A stretch of DNA of 64,000 nt from the NCBI GenBank assembly GCA_010909165.1, contig VJWM01000116.1, positions 1-64,000 on the forward strand. Direction: 5' to 3'. This DNA comes from Anthoceros angustus. Its lineage: Eukaryota > Plantae > Anthocerotophyta. Shown here piece by piece: positions 1 through 10,257 of the stretch (within the stretch, counting starts at the first letter, position 1; each line of letters starts with the position of its first letter). The position numbers were made by a program, and so were the translations under genes. The notes beneath the pieces were generated by a model. The model ran no database searches and had not been told where the DNA came from. It saw only the letters and a list, made by a program, of their open reading frames with translations.

Positions 1-77
1 TAACAAAAAGTGTAACATAGGCGGCCTTTTCTAGTAGGGTTTGTAGCCTTTCACGCCATCAATATATCCCACGAATA

Positions 78-646
78 TTAGTTTCTGTGCTCGAGCGTCA
101 AATTTGCCAGTCTTTGGATCATGAAGCTGATGACGCTTCTCTTTGGGAATCCATGCATAAGCATCAGCCCCGAAAATCCGAAGATGGGAGAGAGAGGGCT
201 TGTGGCCAGTCCAAGCCTCAAAGGGAGTCTGAGTTGGAAGAAAAGTAGTGCAGGTTTAGCGGTGTGTGTGGCAAGAGAGACACCTCGCCCAATATTTCGC
301 GTATAAGGCGGGTATATGGCCCTGGCCATCTCCTGAAGCCTTCGATTACAATTCTCGGTGACGCCATTTTGTGCATGAGCGTATGGTACGGTGACTTGTC
401 GAGTGATCCCTCGATCTGAGAGATAAGAGTTAAATTCACCAGAGAGGAACTCACCTCCTCCATCCGAGCGGACACACTTGAGCTTATAGCCAGTCTGCAG
501 TTCAGCCATGGCATGAAACTCCTTGAACTTGGTGAAGGCTTCACTCTTAAGCCGAAGAAAGTAAGTATGGATCATACGAGACTTGTCATCAATGACAGGC
601 ATAAAATTAGAAGCTCCTCCAAACGAATGGGTGGACATGGGGCCGC
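78..646 (-). pseudogene. Copia integrase core fragment
   Basis: GPMSTHSFGG..F...IDD.SR...SDGGGEF...QNGVTE..NRRL; the frame joins VDICG at ~2983 once the insertion and one TSD copy are removed. Confidence 0.9.
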
Positions 647-2978
647 TGTGGCGCGACTTTCGCTGACGGCCAGCCGGGCGCGCACAATCCCATGTCGTTG
701 TAGGAAGGAGTCCGCTCTAAAGGAATGACAGTCTGCTTGCTGCTTCGATTCTCGCCTTACTTTGCGCCCTGCTCGCCCAACGCACATTCACTTCGCCTAA
801 CTACTCGTAGCGTTCACCGCATGTGCGGTGGCCAAACGCTTATGACCCGTTACACGTCCATATCGCTCACGTTGCCACTCGCACCTCTAGTCCGTTCCTC
901 TCCACCATACTACACTTATCGCCTCTTAGGGAAAGACGCGGGTTACGGCCCGACCTCCTCCTCGCTGCTCTCTCCTCCTCCGTCAGACGCCCCGAGAGTC
1001 CTCCGGCTCACACGCTCGGCCCGTTGTTGGCCGGCCGCGGCTCGGACGAGCACGGATCCGCCACCCTTCCCTACACACACCACGTTAGGTTCGCCACCAA
1101 CCGATCAATCTCCCGAGTCGCTGCGCCAGGACTCTGTGACTCACGTTAGCAAGAAGACACACAGGGTCCTGCAAGAACGCGGCATCAACACCAAGAGAAA
1201 GATGATTTATCTGTGGCAGCCCTGCCCCTCTTATACTACGCCCAAGTCGGGCGTCTTTATTACACCCCTATTCGAAACCGAGTAGCCACCGTGATACCCT
1301 AATCGGCCGCCTACCATCCTATTCCTCCCTATCTCTTCCGGCCGGGGAAGGTCCCGGGTTCACTTGGTGGTCCAATCACCTCGGCGCAGGGCGCACCCAA
1401 TCGGATGATCCGTGAGGCGACCCTCCTCTCTCCCGAATCTCCGCCGTTATTACGGGCGCGGTCTCGACGACCGCACTAACGTCATCCTCCCCGCCTTCCT
1501 GTGGTCCTCTGGGGCCAATGCATTCCCAGCGAAGTCGGAGGGCTCCTCTTCGCCGGAGTCCCACCTCGGTTCGGTCTCGACCCCGAGTCCGAACTCCGTG
1601 AGTCTGTTATTTCGAGTCCGCCGCTGGGTCCGGCCTGTCTGGGGTTCGGACCTTAGGTCATGTGGTCCGTCCCCAAGCTCGGACCCCTTATACGTGGACC
1701 TCGATCGCTAGGTCCTCATCCCTACCCCGACCCTTGTCTTGGGTCGGGTTGGCTCTCCTTCGCCCCTTTCAGGCCGCCACCTCCCTTCTCCCGAGGTGTT
1801 GCGGTGAACTAACCCACAGGGTCCGCTAACCTCGCTCCTCTTGAGGCTCTTCTCCCACCTGCTGTCGTCTCGAAACAGGGCCACTAGAGTCCCTGTCGTC
1901 CCCATGCCCTTCTTCCTCGCCTTGAGGGCCTGCACCACACCCCCTTCTTCCTCCTTGGCGGTTGTAGGCGCCCCTCAGGGACCCTCCAAGGTCCATCGCC
2001 TGGTCCCTCCGGAGGTTCTTGGACCGAACCTCCTTGTTGACCGCCGCCAACATCTTCCCGGGCGAACTCTGGACGTAGTGATCTTTGTAACGTCCCGTGG
2101 AACACATCCAGTGCCACTCTCAACTAATTCTCCCGCTTCCTCCGGCCTGGCCCAAAGTCCGGATAGCGCCGAGTCACACGTTGCGCTTCTACGAGGTTCC
2201 ATGGCTCCCAAACTTCCAGCTTTTTGGTGCCATCGCCGTCTCCCCTTGTTGATGTAGCCGCTGGCATGGGGTTCGGCACGATGCGCCCCTCCTCGGGCGT
2301 TCGCTGCTCCAACCCCCGGTGAACCACGCTCGAAGGTGTGGCGCTCAAAGAGATAGCGCCAGAGCCGGGTTATGGAGCGCAAGAGACTAGCGAAATTGTC
2401 TGGCTGGTCAAATATGACCTTCCCGCCGCGCCTTTGGGAGTAACCGCTAGGGGGAAGGCGCTCTTCCTGTCCGTCGCCAGTCGCGCATTAGCTCGACCTT
2501 ACGCCGCTTACTCCGCCACGCGCGCTTACTTCGGCCTTACGCGCGCGTGCCTGCGGCGCTTACGCGCGCCTCGGCCTTACGCGCGCTTACGCAGCCCTGG
2601 CCGCGTGCCTGCGGCCTTACGCCACAGACCTTGCGATCAGCAGGCGTGAATATTTGCGGCCCGGTCTGGCCTGCATGCCGACCTCCACTCCGGGCCGTCC
2701 ACGTGCGCCGCCTAGTCATCCTCCGGCTCAATTTCTAAGTTACTTTTCCTTGGCGTACTTATCCTGTTTGGACTGGAGTGGTCGACTTATCCGTTACCTG
2801 ACGTGTCCGTGCACCGCCATAGTAGGTGGCGTTGCCCACTCAGTCCGAGTATACTCCAGTGCGATCCGGAGGCTATCCATGCTTATTCCTCCTTTTCCGC
2901 CTTATTTTATCCTCCGCTCCTACGAAAAAAAAAAACCCTACTTATTTCTTAACCCCCAAGGGAAGTCCGTAGTCCACA
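647..2978 (-). mobile_element. Large solo LTR (2332 bp) inserted in the Copia integrase
   Basis: Termini TGTGG...CCACA; 5-bp TSD GCCGC at 642-646 and 2979-2983; removal restores the integrase reading VDICGPMST; minus-strand TATA-like motif near 1230. Confidence 0.85.
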
Positions 2979-3731
2979 GCCGCAGATATCAACATGCACC
3001 AGCTCGAGGAGCTCGGTGGCACGGTGAGAGGAAGAGCGTGGGTATGGCACTTCCTTACTTTTCCCTAAAAGGCAGCCTTCACAGAAGAGAGAGTCACTGA
3101 ATTCAGGGAGGGGTTCGAGATAAAGCTGGCTCGTTCTCATTTCTCTCATTCGCTTCAAGCTGGGGTGGCCTAAGCGTAGGTGCCAAAGCTTGGTTATCTC
3201 TGCCTTCGTTGAAGTGCGAGCTAGGTGGGCTGTACCAGAAAATGAGGAGGCTTCCAGGAGATAGAGCCTGTCTTCCTTTAATCCGTGACAGATGACATCA
3301 TTAGAGTTGTCATACGTACAAATCTCACATGTTTGAGCTTTGAAATGAATCTCATATTGTTGGTCATTCGTCAGAGTGCTCACAGAGACCAAGTTCTTGC
3401 TGACAGTAGGCACATGGAGCACATCTGAGAGAGATATAGTACGTCCGGCTCTGCACTGTAGAATAACTGTGCCTGTGCCAGTTACCTCTGCAGACCTATT
3501 GTCAGCCACGTAAATCGATCCTCCACCATGTAGGGTTCGATACGTGCTAAAGTCTGATCTTTAGACATGAGTGGGCCTGCTTGTCAAGTACCGTGGAGGA
3601 GCAACGTCCGGTGGTCGGTATAAACAGGATTGTAGGCGATCTCTGTACAAGCTGAGCATTCGGGGAACCCTGTCTTCTTGGTTCACCGGCTTGTATGCAG
3701 CACTCGTTCGTAGTGCCACAGCTTCTGCCGA

Positions 3732-4562
3732 TTACAATTTCCTTACTGCGGGGTTAGCCTTTGGTCCTTGGGAAGAGCCTTCACCTCCCTTCCTACTTTG
3801 CCAATTCCTGTTCCTCATTTGTCTCTGTCCGTTAGAGCGTGAGGTGAAGAGGGCTTGCCCTGGAGCTGCACTCTTGGAGGAGGCCCTTGCAGAGTCTTCC
3901 TCGATAATAGCAGCGATGACCTCCGAGAGAGTCATGAGTTCTCCCAGGTTAAGTTTCTTCGCGTGTGCGGATTGCTTCATAAGGCCATTCTGGGTTGCAA
4001 CGAATGTTCTCCAACTTGGGGGCAGGGTCATCAGGAGGGCTATGGCCGCCTGATCCTCTGTCAAGGTAGTCCCGCAGGAAGCCAATCTTGCTCTCAGTGT
4101 GCGGAAGTTGCTGAGATGTGCCTGGATGCTTTCCCCATCCTTATATTTAAGGTTGTGAAAATTCCGTAAAGCAGTTGCAGAGTGTTGAGCGTCTGTGGCT
4201 TCGAACATTTGGGTGAAGCGTTCCCAGATGGCTTGTGCAGTGAGGGCACCGAAGGTATGGTGAACCATATCTTTGTCCAGGCCAGCGATTAGGAGGTTTC
4301 GGGCTCTTCTGTCCGATTTTGTCCACTGATCATAGTCCGGGGTTCCACTTGCTGGGCAGGGCACCGACCCATTGACTATTGTCCAGAGGTCGGCGTCTTC
4401 AAGATGTCCCTGCATTTGAGTAGCCCAGACATCGTAGTCTACTCCTGTAAACCTGTCCTTTTCCTTGATTTCGATCCGGTGGGTTGTGAAGTGTTGGTTG
4501 ATAGGGTTTACGGCGCCACCACCAGTGGCACCACCACCACCACCGCCAGCAGCAGCGGCCAT
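3732..4562 (-). CDS. Copia gag (UBN2-type), truncated at the zinc knuckle
   Basis: 276-aa ORF with the typical Copia gag pattern (F.G.DY..W...M...L....LW..V.G; LLMTLPPSW), downstream of the PBS. Confidence 0.85.
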   Translation of the reverse strand: MAAAAGGGGGGATGGGAVNPINQHFTTHRIEIKEKDRFTGVDYDVWATQMQGHLEDADLWTIVNGSVPCPASGTPDYDQWTKSDRRARNLLIAGLDKDMVHHTFGALTAQAIWERFTQMFEATDAQHSATALRNFHNLKYKDGESIQAHLSNFRTLRARLASCGTTLTEDQAAIALLMTLPPSWRTFVATQNGLMKQSAHAKKLNLGELMTLSEVIAAIIEEDSARASSKSAAPGQALFTSRSNGQRQMRNRNWQSRKGGEGSSQGPKANPAVRKL

Positions 4563-4973
4563 GGTTAGGGTTTTTCTTCACGGGGCTTCAGCGATGGTGG
4601 AGGCGATGGCTTGGGCCGGGGTTGTGTGGGCTCTCGCAGGCTTGGAGGAGGTCCTTCAAGTCTCTCAAGATGATGCCGAGAAAGTTGCGCAGCAGGCGAG
4701 TCTCAACATGCACCTTAATTTCAAGCTGATGAAGCGTCTGGAGCACACGGTTATCAGAGGTAGGAAATTCACTTGGTCTTCGATTTGTGACAACTTGCTC
4801 AACTCTCCTCACAGGTCTGCATTCGCATCTTGGAGCGCTGTGAGGGGAATAGAGTAGTTGGGAAGTCCAGTGTTCGTCATGAGCCCGTCTTGCCCATTGA
4901 CGAGCTCTCCTACCACGAGCCATGAGGTGAAGATCCTATCAAAAGCATGTCTGATCTCCCTGCTCTGATACCA

Positions 4974-5280
4974 TAAGAAAATACATGGCAGATAGGAATG
5001 TCTTTCTTTTATTGCAGATTGTTCTCTTACAGATTACATCGTTACAATGCACTCTTGTGATCATGTGTGCGGTGTAGGTGTTCATGTGGAGGTGCAGCGG
5101 TTCATGAGGAGGTGTATACATTGGTGTGTTGTTCATGAGTGGTGAATTGGTGATCCATTGGGTCTTCAACAACATGCCTGCTGCACAATCATCTTGTTCA
5201 GACTTGAAGCACACGTCTCTTGACATGTGCTCATCATGTCTTGCAGCATCCCCCATGCGGTGCCTCTGGGGATAGCCACA
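4974..5280 (-). repeat. 5' LTR of the Copia element (~307 bp, TG...TA termini)
   Basis: Bounded by the iMet PBS on one side and by resumption of duplicated host sequence (TGGAGAACGTCATGCATGCCC, also at 38807) on the other. Confidence 0.75.
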
Positions 5281-6365
5281 TGGAGAACGTCATGCATGCC
5301 CAGACAACCACACCTCCAGGGAAGCAGCCTCACCACCTCACCACCTTGTTCCTGGGCTAGGCTCTATTCAAATTAAATACCTGAAATTACACCTATTTCG
5401 TAAAAATCGAGAATGGGCAGGCGGTCAGTTTAATTTGGAAACCTAAGCGGTGGGGAACGCCTTGTTGCCGTTTGCCTTGGTCTCGGCGTTCGCTGCGAGG
5501 GGAATCCATGCGGCCCGCCCGTCTCAGTCTGCAGCGCCCATCGATCGGTGGCAGCGGGCAAGCAAGAGGAAAGATGCGGGGGCGGTGACATGGCGTGAGG
5601 GGCGTGAGCGGGATTCGAGGAATCACGCTTTCAGAGGGAAGTGTGTTGAGGTGCCCTTCCTACTATACCCATGTTGGCTAGTTGTAGCTCTCTATCACGC
5701 TGTGTTACCTTGTTCTTCCATAGGCGTTTCTGTGGATTGGGTGTGGATGGTCGCTTTCACGTGGTCTCCGAAGGTTGTGTTTGGTGGTGATTTATAAAAA
5801 CTTGATCCTCTGGTCTGGCTTCCATGGAGAACTGGTGTTTTAAAGCTTCTTAAATTTGGAGAAGTTCATGTACAAAGTGCACGTTTGGGAGCAATTGGGG
5901 AAGGAGAGGGAAGCATAATATGTGAACGCTAGCCGTGGTTGAATTCAGAAACCGTTTTACGTTGGGATGCTTGCATTGAAACTTACACCAAGGCGTAACA
6001 ATACAAGAAGTCACATAAGTCCACATCAGACAGAGAAAGATTTCCCCCATTGTTACATATATAGCTAGTATGCGACGCATCTAACGTAGATATATATGTC
6101 GGCAGACGCTGTGGGCGAGTGCGAAATGCCCGTTGAGCTACCCAGGAAGTATCGGCATCAGTATAAAGCCGGCAGGGCCCCGGGCCCAATACCCTGTAGG
6201 GAAACTGGTCCAACAATTCCTGTCTTGGCCGACACCGTCATGAATTCCCCTGCCCCCGAGCCCGCGAAGTCCCACTGGCCTTGGCGGGAGATTTCCGCTC
6301 CGCTGCGCCAGCTGTACTTGTTGGCTTCCTCCCTGGCCTCTCCCCCTCCTCCCCTTCGACCTGGA

Positions 6366-6372
6366 TATAAAA
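6366..6372 (+). promoter_or_regulatory. TATA box of the duplicated F-box-like gene module (paralogous TATA boxes at 33768, 40634, and 28823-28829 on minus)
   Basis: TATAAAA followed by a CT-rich leader and an ATG at 6515; the same context is conserved in the other copies. Confidence 0.6.
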
Positions 6373-7263
6373 GGCTCCCACTGCCATCCCTAGAAGCTCA
6401 ATTCAATTCTCTTCCCCTCGCCAGTTCCTCCTTCACCTCTTGCCACCAGCTCCTGCTTGACCTCTCGTCGCTAGCTCCTGCTGCTTGATCTCTCGCTCCA
6501 GCCTCTCTCTAGCCATGTCCTCGCAACAACAGCGCTCTTCCTGCAGCGGCATGGGTTCGTGTTATGAGAACCCAGTGCTGATCGAGGACGATGATGTACC
6601 GTTAGTTCCTACTCATTGAACTCACGTGTATGGAACTCTTGCTCAAGAGCCCTGCCTCACAGGCGCATGAGAATGCACCTTGTGATGCACCTGAGCTTCC
6701 GCTGGACCCCATGAACGTGGAGGGTCAAAGTGCTTCTTTGTCTATGGAGGTAGCACACACCTTGAGCTCGTTGCCGTCTGGCCATGGAGCCGCTGTTACC
6801 CCTCTTGTATCAACTCCTGCTTTTCTTTCAAGTGTTGTGGATGGGCTGCTGCTGTCCGTCGCACACACGTCGACGTTATTTTTTATGCCTTGCCATATTG
6901 GAGAGGCTTTTGCATGTCCTTCAATGCCTCTTGCTTCATCGTCTCGTGTTGTGGATCCTTATTCTGCCTTGTTCCAAACCTCCTTTCAATCCCCTCGTCC
7001 CCAGCGTGGAGCTGCAAGCAGTAGCAACTATTCTTCTCTTGCTTCATCGTCTCGTGTTGAGGTGGATCCCTATTCTGCCTTGTTCCAAGCCTCCTTTCAA
7101 TCCCTTCGTCCCCAGTTTGCAGTCAGCTCTTCTTCTCCAGCTTCATCGTCTCGTGGTGTGGGATATCCCTTTTCTACCTTGTTCCAAGCTTCCTTTCAAT
7201 CCCCTTGTCCCCAACGTGCAACTGCAAGCTGTAGAAGAAACCGTGGATCCATATTCCGCCTTA

Positions 7264-9380
7264 AACAGCGTCTCTCAGCATAGGGGTTATTCTCCATTAA
7301 AGGGGTTTGGGTCCCTAAAGACCAAAAATGACCCCCGAAAACGGGCCAAAATGCATCATCTTTAGCAAAACCACTCTTTAGACATGTCTTGAAAGACATT
7401 GACCATGTTATTTTCGTGAATACTTATGCTATGAGGTTAAGCGAAGAAGGTTGATTTCACCTTCACAAGGAAGGGATTTCAAGGATTTTTAACGGTGCTA
7501 GGAATCCTAAACACCTCTTTGACGATAGTACTTCCTAGCGGGGTGAGCAGTGAGGCAAACCAAACAAAATTAGTCCAAAGCCAAGCGCGGACGTCCAAAA
7601 CCAACATAAAAGTAGCAATTAAAGAAAAGAAACAAGCTGGCGGACGTCCGGCGCAATTGTGAAGAACATTAAGATAGCGATCATGGCCATCTCGAGAGGA
7701 CCAAACTACGACTCTAAAAGTAGCGCGTCGGTGCCTTGTGAGTACACAACCGGATCTCCATTGTTAGAGTGAAAACATAGAAGGAATTGGAACAATCGCG
7801 GACGTTCGGCACATTGGCGCGGTCTGCTAAAACTGCGGACGTCCGGCGCATTTTGAGACCCCAATCTTGTGGGCGTCAGATGGAAATGGTGGAGTGGATC
7901 GCGGACGTCCGCTTATATATTATTGTTTGTCTTCATCTCGGGATAGGTGCATAGACTCAATGGTAAGAACTCCAGTTAAGCACCGGGTCGGATCAACTAG
8001 GATGGGGTGCTTGACTTTGGTGCTTTTAGAACTTCCGTTATGCACTCTTGGGTCGGATTAGCTAGGATGGCTTGCTTGTTTTGGCGCTTTGAAAACTTTG
8101 TAACAACTCCACTCTTAAGCAACCTAGGCGTATCAATACTAGGATGGAGTGTTGATTTTTAGTGGTTTGAAAAATTTGTAAATCATCCGGTATCTAGGCG
8201 TAAAGTCATGAATATTATTTTTGAAAATCATTTGTTGGTTGATGTTATATTCCACATTCGCTTTGTATACAACATGTAAAACCTTTTGGCCTTACTCTAT
8301 GTGCCCCTTATGACTTGCAGTGGATCTCTTTGATTGGTCGCCAAATGTCGCTCATTCGAGTTTGATGCGTATAGATGCATAGGCCTTGGTTTCTAGATGA
8401 GCTACATTTTCCAAAATTAGACATGTATGATGGTGGTTTCTAATGGCCAACCTTTTGAAGGCGACAATGTTTCACAATGTTTTGCGAGAGAAGCAAGAAA
8501 ATAAATAGAATAGATGATTTTCCTTGAGTAATGAAAGCACATCGGATGCGATCGAACACAAGCATAAGAGAGCATCTGCACAGCCACTGCGAGCCCTAGT
8601 GAGGCAGTGATGTCGAAGAAAGAGGGCTAGTCGCCGGTGGGGTTTTGACCAAATGGTGAGTATTTCGGTGAGGCTCGAAGGAGGACTGTCTATACCTTTG
8701 TGGCGCCCACTACGGTTGGCGCACTAGGTGTTCGAAGCTATGGCCAAGCTTAGCCGGAGATTTTGAATTTAAGATCGACTTGCTCCATGTGCCACCCATG
8801 GATAGATTAAGGTTGAAAGCGATGCGGACTTGACAAGAAGAAATGTAAGCTACGAAGAGTTTGATCAAGAGCGGTTGAGGAGGCCTCACCATCCTTTACC
8901 TTGTCCAATTCTGCCCTGAGATCTGGATCTAAGTGCGGCTTATCTCGCACGGAGGGGCCGGTCGGGGGTATGCAATGCTGCCGGGATTGCTCGAATCACG
9001 GGGTTTGAAAAGAGAATTGATGTGAGTGTTGGTGCGGTGGCAAGTGTGCACAAGCAACAGAGAAAGTGCTTGCCTACACAAGTATTGACGCAACCCTCTC
9101 CAAACCCGGTGTATTGCACCTCTTTGGAGTATAAGTGCGCCGGACGTTCGGTGCACTCCAGCTCTTTGGAGCATAAGTGCGCCAGTCATCCGGCCACTTG
9201 GTACAAAGGTGTGTCCGTCATTTGTGCGGACGGTGGGCACATTAGGTCTTCCTTGGGCTCGGATGCATGGGCTGTGGGTTCGCAAATCACTGAAAACAGT
9301 GGAATGAGACATGTGCATTTCTGGATGGTTGGGGCCAAAATGGGGTTTGGAGACAAACCCCTATGCTGAGAAACACTGTT
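7264..9380. mobile_element. Non-autonomous TIR DNA transposon (2117 bp), superfamily unresolved
   Basis: 25-bp TIRs AACAGCGTCTCTCAGCATAGGGGTT / AACCCCTATGCTGAGAAACACTGTT; flanked by CTTA at 7260-7263 and 9381-9384; repeated internal CGGACGTYCG motifs; no intact transposase. Confidence 0.85.
7966..8151 (+). repeat. Three tandem degenerate copies of the 5S rRNA internal control region (A-box to C-box)
   Basis: AGAACTCCAGTTAAGC...ACTAGGATGGG, AGAACTTCCGTTATGC...GCTAGGATGG and AACTCCACTCTTAAGC...TACTAGGATGG resemble plant 5S AGAACTCCGCAGTTAAGCGTGCTTGGGCGAGAGTAGTACTAGGATGGGTGA. Confidence 0.65.
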
Positions 9381-10257
9381 CTTATTCCAAAGCTCCTTTC
9401 AATCTCTTTGTCCCCAGTTTGCAATGGACACTACTACGTCTTCTGTTGCTTCGTCGTCTCGTGTTGTGGAGCCCTTTTCTACCTAGTTCCAAGCCTCCTT
9501 TGAATTCCTTCGTCCCCAGTTTGCAACAGTTGCAAACTGGAGCAACTCTTCTTCTCTTGCTTCATCATCACGCGTTGTGGATACTTTTTCTGCCTTGTTC
9601 CAAGACTCCTCTCAATCCCCTCATCCCCAGCTTGCAGTTGTAAAATGTAACAACGCTTGTGCGATGGGATTACCACCAACTATGTGCGTGGTATGGTCCC
9701 CCTGAATCACACCACCCGGGCGTACGTGTGCACCATGTGCGGGAAACTTGTCCCCGTGGCAACATACCATGTAGATGCGCGGGGGCGGTTCTTGTACGCT
9801 GGAGCCAGCAAGGAGGAGATGCGAGAGTGGAGGGTGCTTTGAGCTGGGCAGCAACATGGTTCACATGAGCATCATGGTGGAGAAGGTGGATCTGTTTGCA
9901 GCTGCAGCTGGCATTCCGGCTCTGAAATGCGAGCGCCTCATGCTCCCCAGCTCCCTGGGCAAGCTGAAGAGTATGAACATGGACTTCTCGGGCTGGTTCT
10001 CCCTATGTCCCAAGGACGCTGGTCCACTGCAGCATGCGCAGGAGCAGTCCCGGCTGCACATGCAGGAGCTCCCGAGTGAGGTGCTGCTGCACATCTTCTG
10101 CCGCCTGCCGGTCCGCCAAGTCTTCCGGCTCCGGCTCCTGAGCAAGGAGTGGAAGAGGGTCATCTGGTGCCCAGAGTTCCGCGCCCTACGGCGCCTGCAC
10201 GCGCCCCATGAGAACCTCCTCCTGGAGTTCTCCTTCCACGTCGATGAGGTCGACGAG

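Larger units (their letters stand above)
1..5280 (-). mobile_element. Ty1/Copia LTR retrotransposon (degenerate; runs off the left edge; interrupted by a solo LTR at 647-2978)
   Basis: gag ORF 3732-4562; protease/GAG-pre-integrase (LWHLRLGH...CEGC...LELVHVDICG) ~2979-3600; integrase core (VRSDGGGEF, QNGVTE) ~300-646; PBS TGGTATCAGAGC (iMet) at 4962-4973; 5' LTR 4974-5280, after which host sequence matching 38807+ resumes. Confidence 0.93.
6928..9640 (+). repeat. ~105-120 bp tandem repeat (about 5-6 units) split by the TIR insertion
   Basis: Unit CTTGCTTCATCGTCTCGTGTTGTGGATCC..TTCTGCCTTGTTCCAAG..CCTTTCAATCCC..GTCCCCAG recurs at 6928-7260 and 9385-9640. Confidence 0.8.

Noticed and set aside
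4962-4973. tRNA gene
   Set aside because: Only the 12-nt primer-binding site complementary to tRNA-iMet
7966-8151. Functional 5S rRNA gene
   Set aside because: Only the central ~45 nt is present and degenerate; the 5' and 3' ends are missing
7264-9380. hAT classification of the TIR element
   Set aside because: No 8-bp TSD
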